Assembly (NCBI GenBank): GCA_951406725.2
Contig: OX597819.1
Coordinates: 114,762,001 to 114,826,000, forward strand
DNA from: Octopus vulgaris
Taxonomy: Eukaryota
Length of the DNA stretch: 64,000 bases
Direction: 5' to 3'
Below, piece by piece: positions 40,258 to 52,300 of this stretch. Every line of letters begins with the position of its first letter. Positions within the stretch are counted from its first letter, which is position 1. A program made the position numbers and the translations under genes. The notes beneath the pieces are model-generated. The model worked only from the letters and a program-made list of their open reading frames with translations, was not told the DNA's origin and did no database searches.

Positions 40258-40455
40258 CTTTTATTTCTTTGTCATTTGACTGCAGTCATACCATAGTACT
40301 GCCTTTAGTTGGACAAATTGACCCCAAATTATTCTTTGTAAGCCTAGTACTTATTCTATTGGTCTCTTTTGCCGAACTGCTGAATTTACGGGGACATAAG
40401 TACACGAACATCAGGTGTCAAGCGATGGTGGTGGAACTAATATAAACATATATAT

Positions 40456-40496
<41 letters not shown>

Positions 40497-40634
40497 GGAC
40501 TTCTTTCGGTTTCAGTCTACCAAATCCACTCACAGGGCTTTGGTCAGCCCTAGGCTATAGTAGATGACACTTGCCCAAGGTGCCACACAGTGGGACTGAA
40601 CCTGGAGCTATGTGGTTGGGAAGCAAGCTTCTTA
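40258..40634 (-). mobile_element. SINE family B copy
   Basis: Reverse complement of the 2968-3381 type with internal (CA)n. Confidence 0.75.
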
Positions 40635-42073
40635 CTACACAGCCACTCCTGTGCCATCATACTAATTTTGTTATCAACTATTTTTAACTGTTTTTCTAAA
40701 CAGACATACTCAGACAACTGGGAATCACATTACCCCTTTTTTTTTATACTGGTATTGGTTAGACACCTGTGAAGTATTGCATATTGTCATACTTCTCAGT
40801 CTGCTGTGAGGTCCAGCAGTTTTTTTTTTTTTTTTTAATGTTGTCTACCATGGGTACACATTACATTGCACCCCTGCCCAGTTTAACTCTGAATAGCCAG
40901 CCCCTTTTAAATGATTAACTAATTTCTCAGATTGCTTTGGTTCTACCTTTTGTCTGCAAATTAACCTTACACATCCAATGAATCTCACTCAATTCCTCTC
41001 TCCAACCTCTGCACTTAGTGCTTATGTCTTGCTATTATGCATTATTTATATATTTTAGTTTGTCTTTTGGCATCACATGCACACTCTTGATGCAAACTTT
41101 ATAGTTTGCTTGTAACAGTTCTTTGAGTTTTTTCAGTTATTCTTGCTCCATAAAAAGATATTTAAAAATATGCTAATTTTTTTGGGGTTTGCAACCTGAG
41201 TATTGAATAAATCTAGCTTCTTTCATGAATTCTTTTAATCAGGAGAGGAAGTACATTTGGTTGGTGAGATTTCTTTGGTGCAACATGAATTGCTGGAAGT
41301 TGATATCAGTGGGAATAGTGTGGGGAAGGAGGGATACTGCATGGCCAAAGTTAGGCAAAGGACGGATTAAGTGAAGGGTTCAGTGAACTTTACCAAATCT
41401 GTAAGAATGAATGGAAAAATGTGAGCTTCATGGACCATGTAGACTTAGACTAAGGTAGTACAGCTCAGAGGGATGGAAGCCATTGATGAAGACTTAGATA
41501 TCATTACACAGCATGTTTTTCAACCAGAGATTGTTACTCATTGATGAATCTGTTTTTAGAAACTGATAGGTTGGTTTTCTATCACATGTTCTGTAAGACC
41601 CGTATTTAGTTGAAAGTCGAAGCACTGTTCCATACATATGAGCACTGAAATTTGAGTATTGTTTGAGTTTCATAGAGGCTCACCAATTGATGAGGATTGA
41701 ATTATTTTCTGGTCATGAAGAGGAAATCTGTTTTAAGGGAAGTGGGGATGCAGTTTTGGCAAAGATACGAGTTCATCAAGAAAGTTCAGATCAAGAAATT
41801 TTGTTTTATAATATTGATATTTGATTTTTGATTGTTTTTTTTTTTTTCTTGAGATATATATATATATTGATTGTGTAGATTCTCCTGCAGTGGTTTTTAC
41901 GAGTGTTGGTGTGTGTGTATGCTGTGTAGAATGTTATAGTATTTTAGTAGATGGGAAACATTCAAGTCCCAAAGTTTGTTTTATTTGTTTTAACTTGTTT
42001 TTTTTTTTTGTCTATGAATTGGAATATCAAGATGCAAATCAGTTTTTCTCTCATTCATTGTCTTTTGTTGCAG

Positions 42074-42584
42074 AAAACGCAAGGAAAAGGCAGCTGCTGC
42101 AGCATCTGCATCTATATGTCTAGAGCCATTGCAGTTGGTGTCTTCCAATTCACCACAGGACCATCAAGACCCTGCAAATATGAATTCAGTCCACTTTCAA
42201 CCATTGGTGATTGCACTGCCTTCGCCTCCTCTACCCTCACCAGAAGTGCCATCCTTCTCACCAGCTGCCAAGACAGCTAACCCCCACAATTTGCCCTCTT
42301 CACCAGAGATATGTGAACTTTCTGTGGAAGATTCTGAGAGGGTTCCATTAAAACAGACCCAGCTGGAAATGCAGCCCTTGACAGAAATTGAAACCCTGGA
42401 AGCTGAAATGCAACCAACAGAGCCCCAAGTGGAAGAACAAGGACTGGCAGAAGAGCTTGTCGATAATAAAGAACCACAGGCATCTGAATCTTTACATTCT
42501 GCTGAGTCAGATACTCCATGGCAGTTACAGGATGTTAGGAAAGAATCTGAAAAGTGTGAACAAACTAAAGAGAGTGAAAAGTGA
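42074..42584 (+). CDS. EMI-domain membrane protein, last coding exon (cytoplasmic tail)
   Basis: TTTTGTTGCAG acceptor, phase 2; KRKEKAAAAASASICLEP runs in frame into ORF 42129-42584 (Pro/Ser/Glu-rich); TGA at 42582-42584. Confidence 0.85.
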
Positions 42585-43023
42585 TTGCGACTTTGGTGAA
42601 TGCGTGTGAATATATATTGTGTGCGTATAACGTCTGGGATATGTATGTAATATATTCCATAAATGTGTATGTGTGTATATACCTATATATTTTGGGTATG
42701 GATGTGTGCATGAAAAGTGAAAATATACAAATTTAGAGAGGTGTGTAAAGCATATATGCACAATGTACATTTTTGTGTCAGACAGTGCATTTGTACACAT
42801 ATACATGCATAAACTCTGAGACATCTCACCTATAACTTGCTCCACCACTACACCACGTTTTTCTTTTTTTTTTTTTAAATATTCATGCATCCACTTTTTT
42901 TTACAACATAGATAACCAAGCAAACTAAACTATTTCTTCTGGGGGGAACCACAGTGGCATCTTGAAAAGTGTTATGGTTTCTTACTGCATGCGTCTTCAC
43001 CAAGAATAGCAGAATGAGGGAGG

Positions 43024-43067
<44 letters not shown>

Positions 43068-44849
43068 CTTCTCTTCTCCTTTCAGTGTTGCCAGGGGGTA
43101 GGGGTATCAATGCTCTGAGTGAAAGTTGTTTGAGAATGTTAGGATGTTGATGGCTAATTGTAAAGTGTGTGTGATTTTGATGTTGGGTCCATTGTATAAT
43201 TTGATATGAAAGGAGTGATTGAATAGGGTGCAAGAAACTAAGGTTGAACATGTGAGCATGCTTGGAGAGTTGAGATTGATATACTGTGAGAGAAAGTCTG
43301 GCCTTGGAATTAGCTTCTCTACCTCAGAATACTCAATAACAAAAACAGAATATTTCCCAAATTGGCCTTTACAATTATATATATATATACAATATATATA
43401 AAATCACACATTTTGCAGCATCAATTTTTAAACCCTGCTTAAAAATGAAAAGCAACAGAATAGTTCCACAAAAGAAAGTTAAGTTGACTTCTTCTCCAGC
43501 TTGGAGATTTTCTTTTTAACTCTGCCAAGCAAATAACTGTATTTTTTAACATTAATTTTCTTTCTGTATTCACAATATTAATATTTGAAGGAAAAAATTC
43601 CAAATCTCTTGCCAAAGAAGAAACTTATTTGGCTGCCACAGTATTTAAAGTGTTATTTATGCTAACACGATTTTCTCTCCTGTTCCATTGTTTTATTACA
43701 TAACCTATTGTTATATATTTTTTAAATACTAATTTTAATCCAATAACATGTTCCTTGGGTGCTCAATCTGCTGATCAAGTATATTCTACCAAACCAATGA
43801 TGTAGATACTTTGCATCACATTGCTGTGGGCGAAGAAGTATCAACACGCTTAAATGGTTTGGCATGTGTTTTCTAATATTAGGGAAGAACCTGGTTGTGA
43901 CCTCTTTCAGTTAGAACCAGTTTGTTCACAAATAACTTATAGTTTAAGCAACATTTTAGTTGCAATGTCTTCAAGTGTAAGTAATATATTTTAAAGCATC
44001 ATAAATAAGATGCTTCAAAATTTAAGATGATGACTGTATAAACTTTAATCCTATATAGTGAGTTCTCCTGTCAACTTTGTATGAGGGTTTAACAGCCAGT
44101 GTAATGGCTATTAGACTATCCACATATGATTTGCAAAGGCTTGTATAGGATCAACCACACTTTTTGGAAATGCTCGTTGGAGAATGTTGGTGCAAATGTT
44201 TGCCATAATGATCAACATAGTTCTCAGGCTTTTCTATTAGTTGACCTTGCCGGCTTCCAACCAATCCCAGTAAGTTAAATGCATATCTAGAATGCCAAAC
44301 CAGAAACTTCTAAGTCCTCTCACATACATACATACCAATTGGATGGCCATTGACTTTCCTGAGCTCCTTCATCCTTCGACTGGATTTGTTTTTCATTCCA
44401 TAGGGTGTCTAAAAACAACCCTACTTTCCAAGCAGGCCTAGTGGTATTGATAGGTTAGTTCCTGATGGCCTACCTTGCGACTGGTTGTACTGGGTAGCAG
44501 GTTATCTGTAGCACTCAAGAGCGACCTCATACACGTTTTTTAATGATTTCACTAAATGGATTGCAGTCATGCTGGAGCACCATGTATAAAACATTGATCA
44601 GTTTAAATATAAGCAATGACTGTCAAATGTCCTAGTTCTCTAAAAGAAAGTCTAGTTGTAGTTTGTCATGTGATCCATCATATGGTCAGTCAGGCTTACA
44701 TCATGTGTGTACTTATGCTCACATACAGCAAAAGTAATTATTCTGAAACCAATGTTGATCATTTTTTTTTCTTTTTTTTTTTTTTTTAATTAGAAAGATA
44801 CTTCAGTTAACATAGCACCCAGGGTACTCTAGACCATGACTATTTTTGA

Positions 44850-44888
<39 letters not shown>

Positions 44889-47597
44889 AAAAACAGTGAA
44901 CTAATGAAGCTAACTCTTATTACGTATGTTGAATTATGTTTAAAATTGTTTGAATCTTTGAGTATTGCTTCACATTAGTTTGAGAATTATTATTGTTGAA
45001 TATTTTGGACCCAAACACAACTATTTAATTTTTGTATGCGTATAATCCCGACTGAAAGTAACCGAGTCTCTAAGTCACTGTAGTTCAAAGATCTCTAAGT
45101 ATGTAATAAATGTAGTGACGAAAGAATTTTATCTCGGTACTTTTAGCATCTTTTTCTTTTTTTTTTTTTTTTTTTTGCAATGGCAACAATAGGTGCCATA
45201 AGAGATGATCTAAGAGGGTTAAACTAGTCATCCAAGAATAGATGAATGTGGTAAAATATTACTAAGGAAATTGTAGTGTTGACTGATATTCAGTTATGTC
45301 CCTTTACATCCTGAGCTTTAAAAACCACTCTGGAGGGTGAAGTAAAACCGTGTCTCTTCCCAGGAAGAGCAGTTAAATCAAGTAAATCTTGGTCTATGAA
45401 GTTTTTTGCTTTGAGCTAAAGCTAGAAATTTTATTAGCTCTGTCATGTCACTGAATACTGGATGTTATCTTACTACATTAACATCTGTAAATTCCCCTCT
45501 AAGCACTTGCCTTGATGCTTCAAAAGAAATAATTGGCCTTTATTATTTGTGTGTTAGAATGTGAAGACTTAGCAAGTGAGAGGGATCAAACTTCTTGAAT
45601 AAACAAAATATATTCTCAGTTGTTTAGAAAATAATATTTTGGTGAAAACATATTTTAATATCATTTCTCTATGGGTTTATTTTCTGAGAATTCCATAATC
45701 AGAGACCATAATAGATCTTTTCCTCCAGGATCATAATTACGCATTCTCCAACCTCTCAATACTGCTATAAGTGATGGTTACTCCCAATTTTGGCTCTTTG
45801 GATTTATCTCTGATCTTTAGAAAAATTTTCCCTGCCGTTAAAAGAATTTATATTTTTTACTTTTGATTACTTTTTTTCTTGAGGTTTGGACCAGTTTCAT
45901 TCCTGCCGTTTTTTTCCCATCACTGCCATGTGACGAAACAATAGTGATTAACATATTCATTTTCAAATCTGCCGGAATGTGTTAAGAATATGTAAGTCAT
46001 CGTTTCTCACTATTCACTATGCATATTATGATTTAGTACTGGTTGGCAGATGTCAACATGCTTCAGCAAACGATTTGTTTGCTAAAGTTATAAACAAGAG
46101 CCTTGAACTCTTGTTATTCATTTGTCTGAGTGCCTTTGGCTGACAAGACACAATGATGTTGAAATATAAAATGTTCCAGAGTCCCTTGCACTGATGAATT
46201 ATGGAAACCCACTCATTGCTTTAAGCTGTTTTCTTGTCATGAAACACAAGTGATTAGTATATTCACTTTTCTAATCTGCCAGGATGTATTAAGTATAAAT
46301 ATGCAAATCATATTTACCTTTTTGATTAGTAGACGGAATTGCTTCCCTTAGATACTTTTCCTGAGCTATTGATGGAGACCATACGCAATTGTTTGATCTC
46401 CAAGAAATAGTAGCCACATCACCTTCAAACAACGATGGTAGAATCAAGGCTGGAATCCCTTTTGATTATAGCTCTTCTTGTTCAGGGTTTTACCAAGGGG
46501 TTTGTCAACTAGTGATACCAAATCATGTTTTGAATTGATTCACAAATAACTATCAAGGTATATGCTTTCATCAGTTTGCATTTCTTTACATTAATAAATT
46601 CAGGCTAAGAATTTCTCCACCTCTTTATTTCCAGATGTTTTTCAGCATTGAAAATGACTGTTTAATTATAGAATTGATATTAAAAACAAAAAGAAAAAAA
46701 AAAAGAGAATGCACAATTTATCTGGGCTGTCTTCACTCTTTCTTCAATTTCTTCTATGTAAGGGGTTCCTGAACTCAACACTTCCTTTTCATGCACACAT
46801 TTAATTCTACTGGACAAACTCACCTCACCTCACCAGTTATGTTTCACAACATTTTCAAAGAACAACTCTGCCCCATGTAACTCTGTATTAAGTTCTTGGT
46901 TAAATCCTTCTTCACCAGAAATGCATCTCAGAACTTTTGTTTCGCAGCCCACAATTCTTTTATGAAACAAACCAAACAGTTAGCTGTATTATCTCTACAT
47001 ACTTTTCACTGTTTAAATAATTCTTGAGAGCACTGTTTCTCCACCTCTCCCTTTGAGTTGGAACTTTCTTACTGTTATGTCCATTTCAACAAGTATCTGG
47101 ATTTTTTAATCATCATTTAAGATCTTTAATACTTAGGGGATATTTTTATCAATCTTTTACCAAACTTTAGCCTGAACAGAATGTATTCAGGCATAGGACT
47201 TATATATAATATATATATATATATATACTTTTTTATCTGAGGGGAGGCAATGCGAGCAACAAGCACAGGAACATCACAAAATCCACAGAAAGACCAAACA
47301 TACAAATCTTCATAAACTCATTTATATTTATAAAGCCCTACGTTTAAAAATTTAAAAATTTAGTAATATATAAATATATCATATAAAAATATAAATTTTG
47401 CATATAACACCTTGAATTTACGCTTAAAACATTTAGTATAAATTTGTTACAATAAGAGAAATAAATATAATAATAAATAAAAATAAAGCATACAAAGGCA
47501 TATCAAAAGACGAATTAAAATTCTAGCGAAATGTACATAGAAGATAATAATTATACATGTTTACAAAAATATAAGTTTACAAAGATACACAGAAGTC

Positions 47598-47679
47598 CAT
47601 CTACGGGCCGTTTTGGAGACGCGCCAATTAATATTAGACATATCATATACTTAAAATTGGCACTCCCCTCATCAGGATG
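47598..47679 (-). ncRNA. Type I hammerhead with long stem II; G12 mutated to A (probably inactive)
   Basis: Reverse complement: CATC-CTGATGA-GGGGAGTGCCAATT...AATTGGCGCGTCTCC-AAAA-CGGCCCG-TA-GATG. Confidence 0.65.
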
Positions 47680-47881
47680 TCCTATACATACATCACATAG
47701 TAAACGTGAACAAATACACAATCACATACCGGCCATATTCAGAACCGAGACATTACGTACTCCCCAATTATATATATTAATTATATATATATAGCAAGGA
47801 AAAATTGTAAAAATGCAGAATGCTAAATTGAAAGAAAATTTTAATGAAATGAGAAATTGATAAAATATATAAATATATATT

Positions 47882-47923
47882 TATTCAAACCGGTTTTCGT
47901 CATAGTTTGACTTATCAAGAATA
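47882..47923 (-). ncRNA. Minimal type I hammerhead ribozyme, U3-A8 variant
   Basis: Reverse complement: TATTC-TTGATAA-GTCA(AACTA)TGAC-GAAA-ACCGGT-TT-GAATA. Confidence 0.6.
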
Positions 47924-48242
47924 GTTGGGTCAAAAAGTTTTTTAAAAATGAGAAAGGGGAAAAAAAGTTGCATTGTTTTTTGCAAAAGAATAATAATAAA
48001 TATGTATAAAAATTAGAAAATAAGTACTCCGATACATTGTGAGTTTGTTGTGTATCTTGAGTTTAATGATTATTCACGAAAAAATTACCTTGAGGTATTA
48101 GGATCCAATGGGATTAAGGCCATGTGTTGTTTGGTTTAATTTAGGATGTTGGCAAAACAGGAAGTAGTAGTAATTGTGGTTCTTCAGTTCCTGTGTCGTG
48201 AATAAGGGGAGACAACTCTTTTGAGTTCTTCAATAAAGGCTG

Positions 48243-48275
<33 letters not shown>

Positions 48276-49377
48276 ATTATATATATATATAATTAATACA
48301 GATAGGGAAATAGAACAGCAGGAACAGGATAAAATATCCATATTTTACATTTTGTGGAAAAATTTGGAATGTTGGATTTTGAAGTTGATAAGTTATAAGT
48401 AACATGTAAATATTGGGTTAAAACCCCTTTTGAATACAATGGTAGAGTAATTGTCATGTTTATAGGTGTGGGTTCATGTCCTACAGACAGCCTTCAACTT
48501 TTTTCTATCCAAAGGGGTTTTTAACCTAATATTTACATGCAATTATTTATAGCTTATCTGCTTGAAGATCCAGTGTGCTAAAAAAAAAAAAATCATGTTT
48601 CCTTGAAGTTTATAAATTCTTATGACGCCAACAACATTATATATATATATAATCAGAATTGCTATACTGTGTCCTACCAAACTTTGTCAATTTGGGCTTA
48701 TTTTAAAACATTCCCCCCACCCACAGAATCTCTTTATGCATACATGTATATACTTGTGCATATACACACACACATGTAACTTGTCATTTTGATCTAGTTC
48801 AGTTTCTTATAGACTGAAATGTTTTAATGGGAGACCAATTGTAATTCGGTATTTTTTTTTTCCTCTTCAAGTCTAAATTTCAAATGGTGAAACAAAAATT
48901 GAGGTTTCATATGAAATTATTGCCTGAGCAGAGGAAGTAGCTCTGAAAGAATTGTGCAAAAACAAATCTGAGGGTTAAATATAATACACATTCATATGAG
49001 ACACAGAGAAAAGCGGGTGGGTTTAAAATTTGATTTGATTAGTAGGAAAAAAAAGCAAACTGTTTTGTTGAAGTGGATGTAAAGACTTACAACTTGCATC
49101 TTTTGACCCTGTTTGGCTTCAGTATCTGAATACATCTATTATTTTATATTTAAAATGGGGAAAAAGAAAAAAAGAATTTCGGTAAACATACAAAGTAAAA
49201 TTTGTATCATTATATTAAATATATAAACTTTAATTTAAAATGCTATATTCTCTGCGGTGTCTTTTGTAAGAACTTTTAAAAGTTACACTGCAGATAATTC
49301 ATACTTGGTAATCTGTAGTTCTAGCTACTGAAATTATATCTTTGACATTTAAAAATGCCAAAATGTTTTCTTTAAAA

Positions 49378-49396
49378 AAAATAAATAAAAATAAAT
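49378..49396 (+). terminator. Candidate polyadenylation signal cluster (three AATAAA)
   Basis: AATAAATAAAAATAAA followed by U/GU-rich sequence; would imply a ~6.8-kb 3' UTR for the EMI-TM gene. Weak in AT-rich DNA. Confidence 0.3.
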
Positions 49397-52300
49397 CTGT
49401 TTTCTATAAGTTCATGTAAATTTTGGTTTTTATGCTTGTTTACTATCTAAATGTCATTTTAAATGGCTTCTTTAATTGTACTAGAAACAAAGGTAGTGTT
49501 AGCTGGAGCTCATTGGGGTCCTTTTGAACCAAAGGGAGAGCGACTGCAATTTAGGTGCTTAGAGTTTTAAGCTTGCAGAAGTTAGTAAAATGCAGAGATG
49601 GCTGAAGTTTTGCATGTAATCTACATTTCACTTAAGCCTTTCACATCTTGGGTTATGCTATTACATTTGCCTTTTGTGCTTGACTGTTATTGTGTCACCT
49701 CTGTTGCATATTTGGATTTCAAGTTTTGTCATGCTTAGCAATATTATGTTAAAGTAGTTCTTTAGTGACAAACATATTGCAGATGGTTGATCTTGAACCC
49801 TGTAGTGTATGTTAGTTTGGCACAAAAATTTTGTCTAGCTTCTGAATCTGAGATTTGTCTAGGTATTAGATAAGTTGATGAGTAAGAAAGACTTCATTGA
49901 TTTACCAGCAGTTCACCTGGAGAAGTTTTTTGCAAGTTCTTAATGCTTGTGATTAATAGTACAAGGTTCTGCTTGTAACTGGCCACAAGTGATGGCAATG
50001 TGTTCCATATTTTTTTATTCCTTGTTCCACATCTTTGTTCTTTCTAATCTTTGAGATACCTGTATTGTTGACTGGTTCCAATACAGCTATCAATTTATCT
50101 AATCCATAGGTTTTTGCTTAGGTGCATGACCAACTTAACACCTGACTGAATTTATTTAGTTCACATTTTATATTGACTTTTTTTTTTTTTTTTACTGTAA
50201 AAAGCCTTAAGTCACTAAGCAGTGTGTGCTTTGTGATGGCTTCTCAATTTCAGTTAAGAACAACTCCAGCTGGCTCTGGATACAAATAGTGACAGGTTAT
50301 GTGTTAATCCATACAAAACAGAGAAGATAATTTTAAAAAATACATGGTGGACTCCACACTGCAAAACAGAATTGTCCATCACCTGTCAGAGAGGATCTGC
50401 ATCTTCTACTTCTCTAGATGTTAGTAGAGCCAGAATTTACACAGCTCTCACCTTGTACTTTTCAGTAATCTGTTTAATATTTGAGGTGGAGGGAGACTCC
50501 ATTCTGTAGTGGTTAGTGCATGGATTGGTAGCTTCCTGCACAATTCCATTATTGTCATTGTGTATTAAATGGAAATCTTAAAAATCACAGTGGTTGCTTT
50601 TCATCTTTCCACACTGGTAATAGGTGTTTCCCATCATTGTTTAACCTCCTATTCCAGAATTTCAATACTTGGCATGGAGTACTTTTTTCTTTTTTTTTAA
50701 TAAATCAATTTTGACTCAGAATAATGCCTATCATCTCATGGGTGAGTGTTTGTGATCCTAGAATAAGCCAGGAAAAAAAAAAGCTTGAGGCACTAAAGTC
50801 TTTGTCATACAATTGTTGATGAATAGATGACTTATTGAAGAGGCATACGTGGTGGTCATATAAAGATTTGGCACCTATCCTCTGAAAGGTTTAGGGAACC
50901 AAGCAGTAGGGTGAGAGTCTACCTATTTATCAAAGAGTATTGTTTATTCTCTTTAGGCTTAACTTAGACTTCAATTGATAACTTTGTCATTTAAAAACAC
51001 TAAATTAGACTACATGCGTTTCATGACAATATATCTGTTGATATTCCTGAAATAAGAAGTTCAATACCATATCAATCTATGCTGCCAATCTTCAGGTCTG
51101 GATTATATGAAACTATTTTACTATTTATATCTTATATAAAGACATGACAATCAAATTTAAACAACTAGAAATCGTCAAAATAATTTTTCTTTACTACATA
51201 AAGAACAAGGTAATATATATATATATAGATAGATATATAATTACTGCCTATTGTTTGTGTCTTCTCTTTTAGCTCTCCATATGACTCATTTGTTGCACTG
51301 AGTAAATTTTCTTTGGGAAGTGGTGTTTCACTGTTAGACACTTTATGGCAAACAAAGAGAACAGCAATCTAGATGACTGAGAATAAATATTCTCCATAGG
51401 AATAGCATGATATCCTTTTTCCTTGTTTTGAATGATCTTGGAATCCAACCAGTCACTGGTCTACAGTGGTTCCATCTTGGTAATATGTAGATGGAGTTTT
51501 CTGAGTTCAAATGCCACCAAAGTTGACTTTGCCTTTCATCCTTATGGTGTCGATAAAGTAAGTACCATTTGAGTACGGCGGTTGCTGTAATCAACTAACT
51601 CCTTCCCTCGAAATTGCTGGCCTTGTGTCAAAATCTGCAACCAATATGTAGATGGCATGTTGCATCATTACTCATGTGGATCCCCAGTAAAATTGCACTA
51701 CTCCTCGGCCCAGTGTATTCTGATTGCACTCTGTTGGCTTATAACAGTGCTTGAAGTTGCTCAGCATTGAACTGCATGTTATGTTCATCAGCTGGCAAAG
51801 GAAAAAAGTCACTGACAAAGCACTTTCAAGTGAAGACTATCATGTTTTATAGGGGTTCCTAGGATTGTGTTCACTGTGTCCTTCTCTTTTTATGTATAAA
51901 TCAATATTCATCATTCAAAATTCAACAAAGAAATATGAATAAAAGGGGATTGTAAATCATTGGCAGACTCAGTTTAAGGTTTTCCACTCATTTCCATCCA
52001 GCTTCAGCTGCTAGATATATTTCACTGAGTGACATCCCACAGTCTATGAATGGTATGGTGGTATGTTCTTGTTTTCTCATGCTTTCCACCTTGTAGGGTC
52101 TTAAGCAGTAGGTACTGTTGATAGTATTTATTGTGTGGGTGTTGCAGTTGGTGACCTGTTCACCTCAACTAGTGTTCCTTTATCCTTGTGCTGATTTGCT
52201 TTTTGTCAGTCATTTGGTACAATGTATTCTTGGAAATGTGGTCATTATAGGATATCTGATATATTGTCCTCAGGTTTCGTCTGTGGAAAGTGTTCACCAT

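Noticed and set aside
44400-44530. GC-richer segment resembling a retroelement 5' UTR, possible HDV-like or twister ribozyme
   Set aside because: No convincing nested pseudoknot could be built by eye.
46185-46222. CTGATGA...GAAAC hammerhead-like string
   Set aside because: Stems II and III cannot pair.
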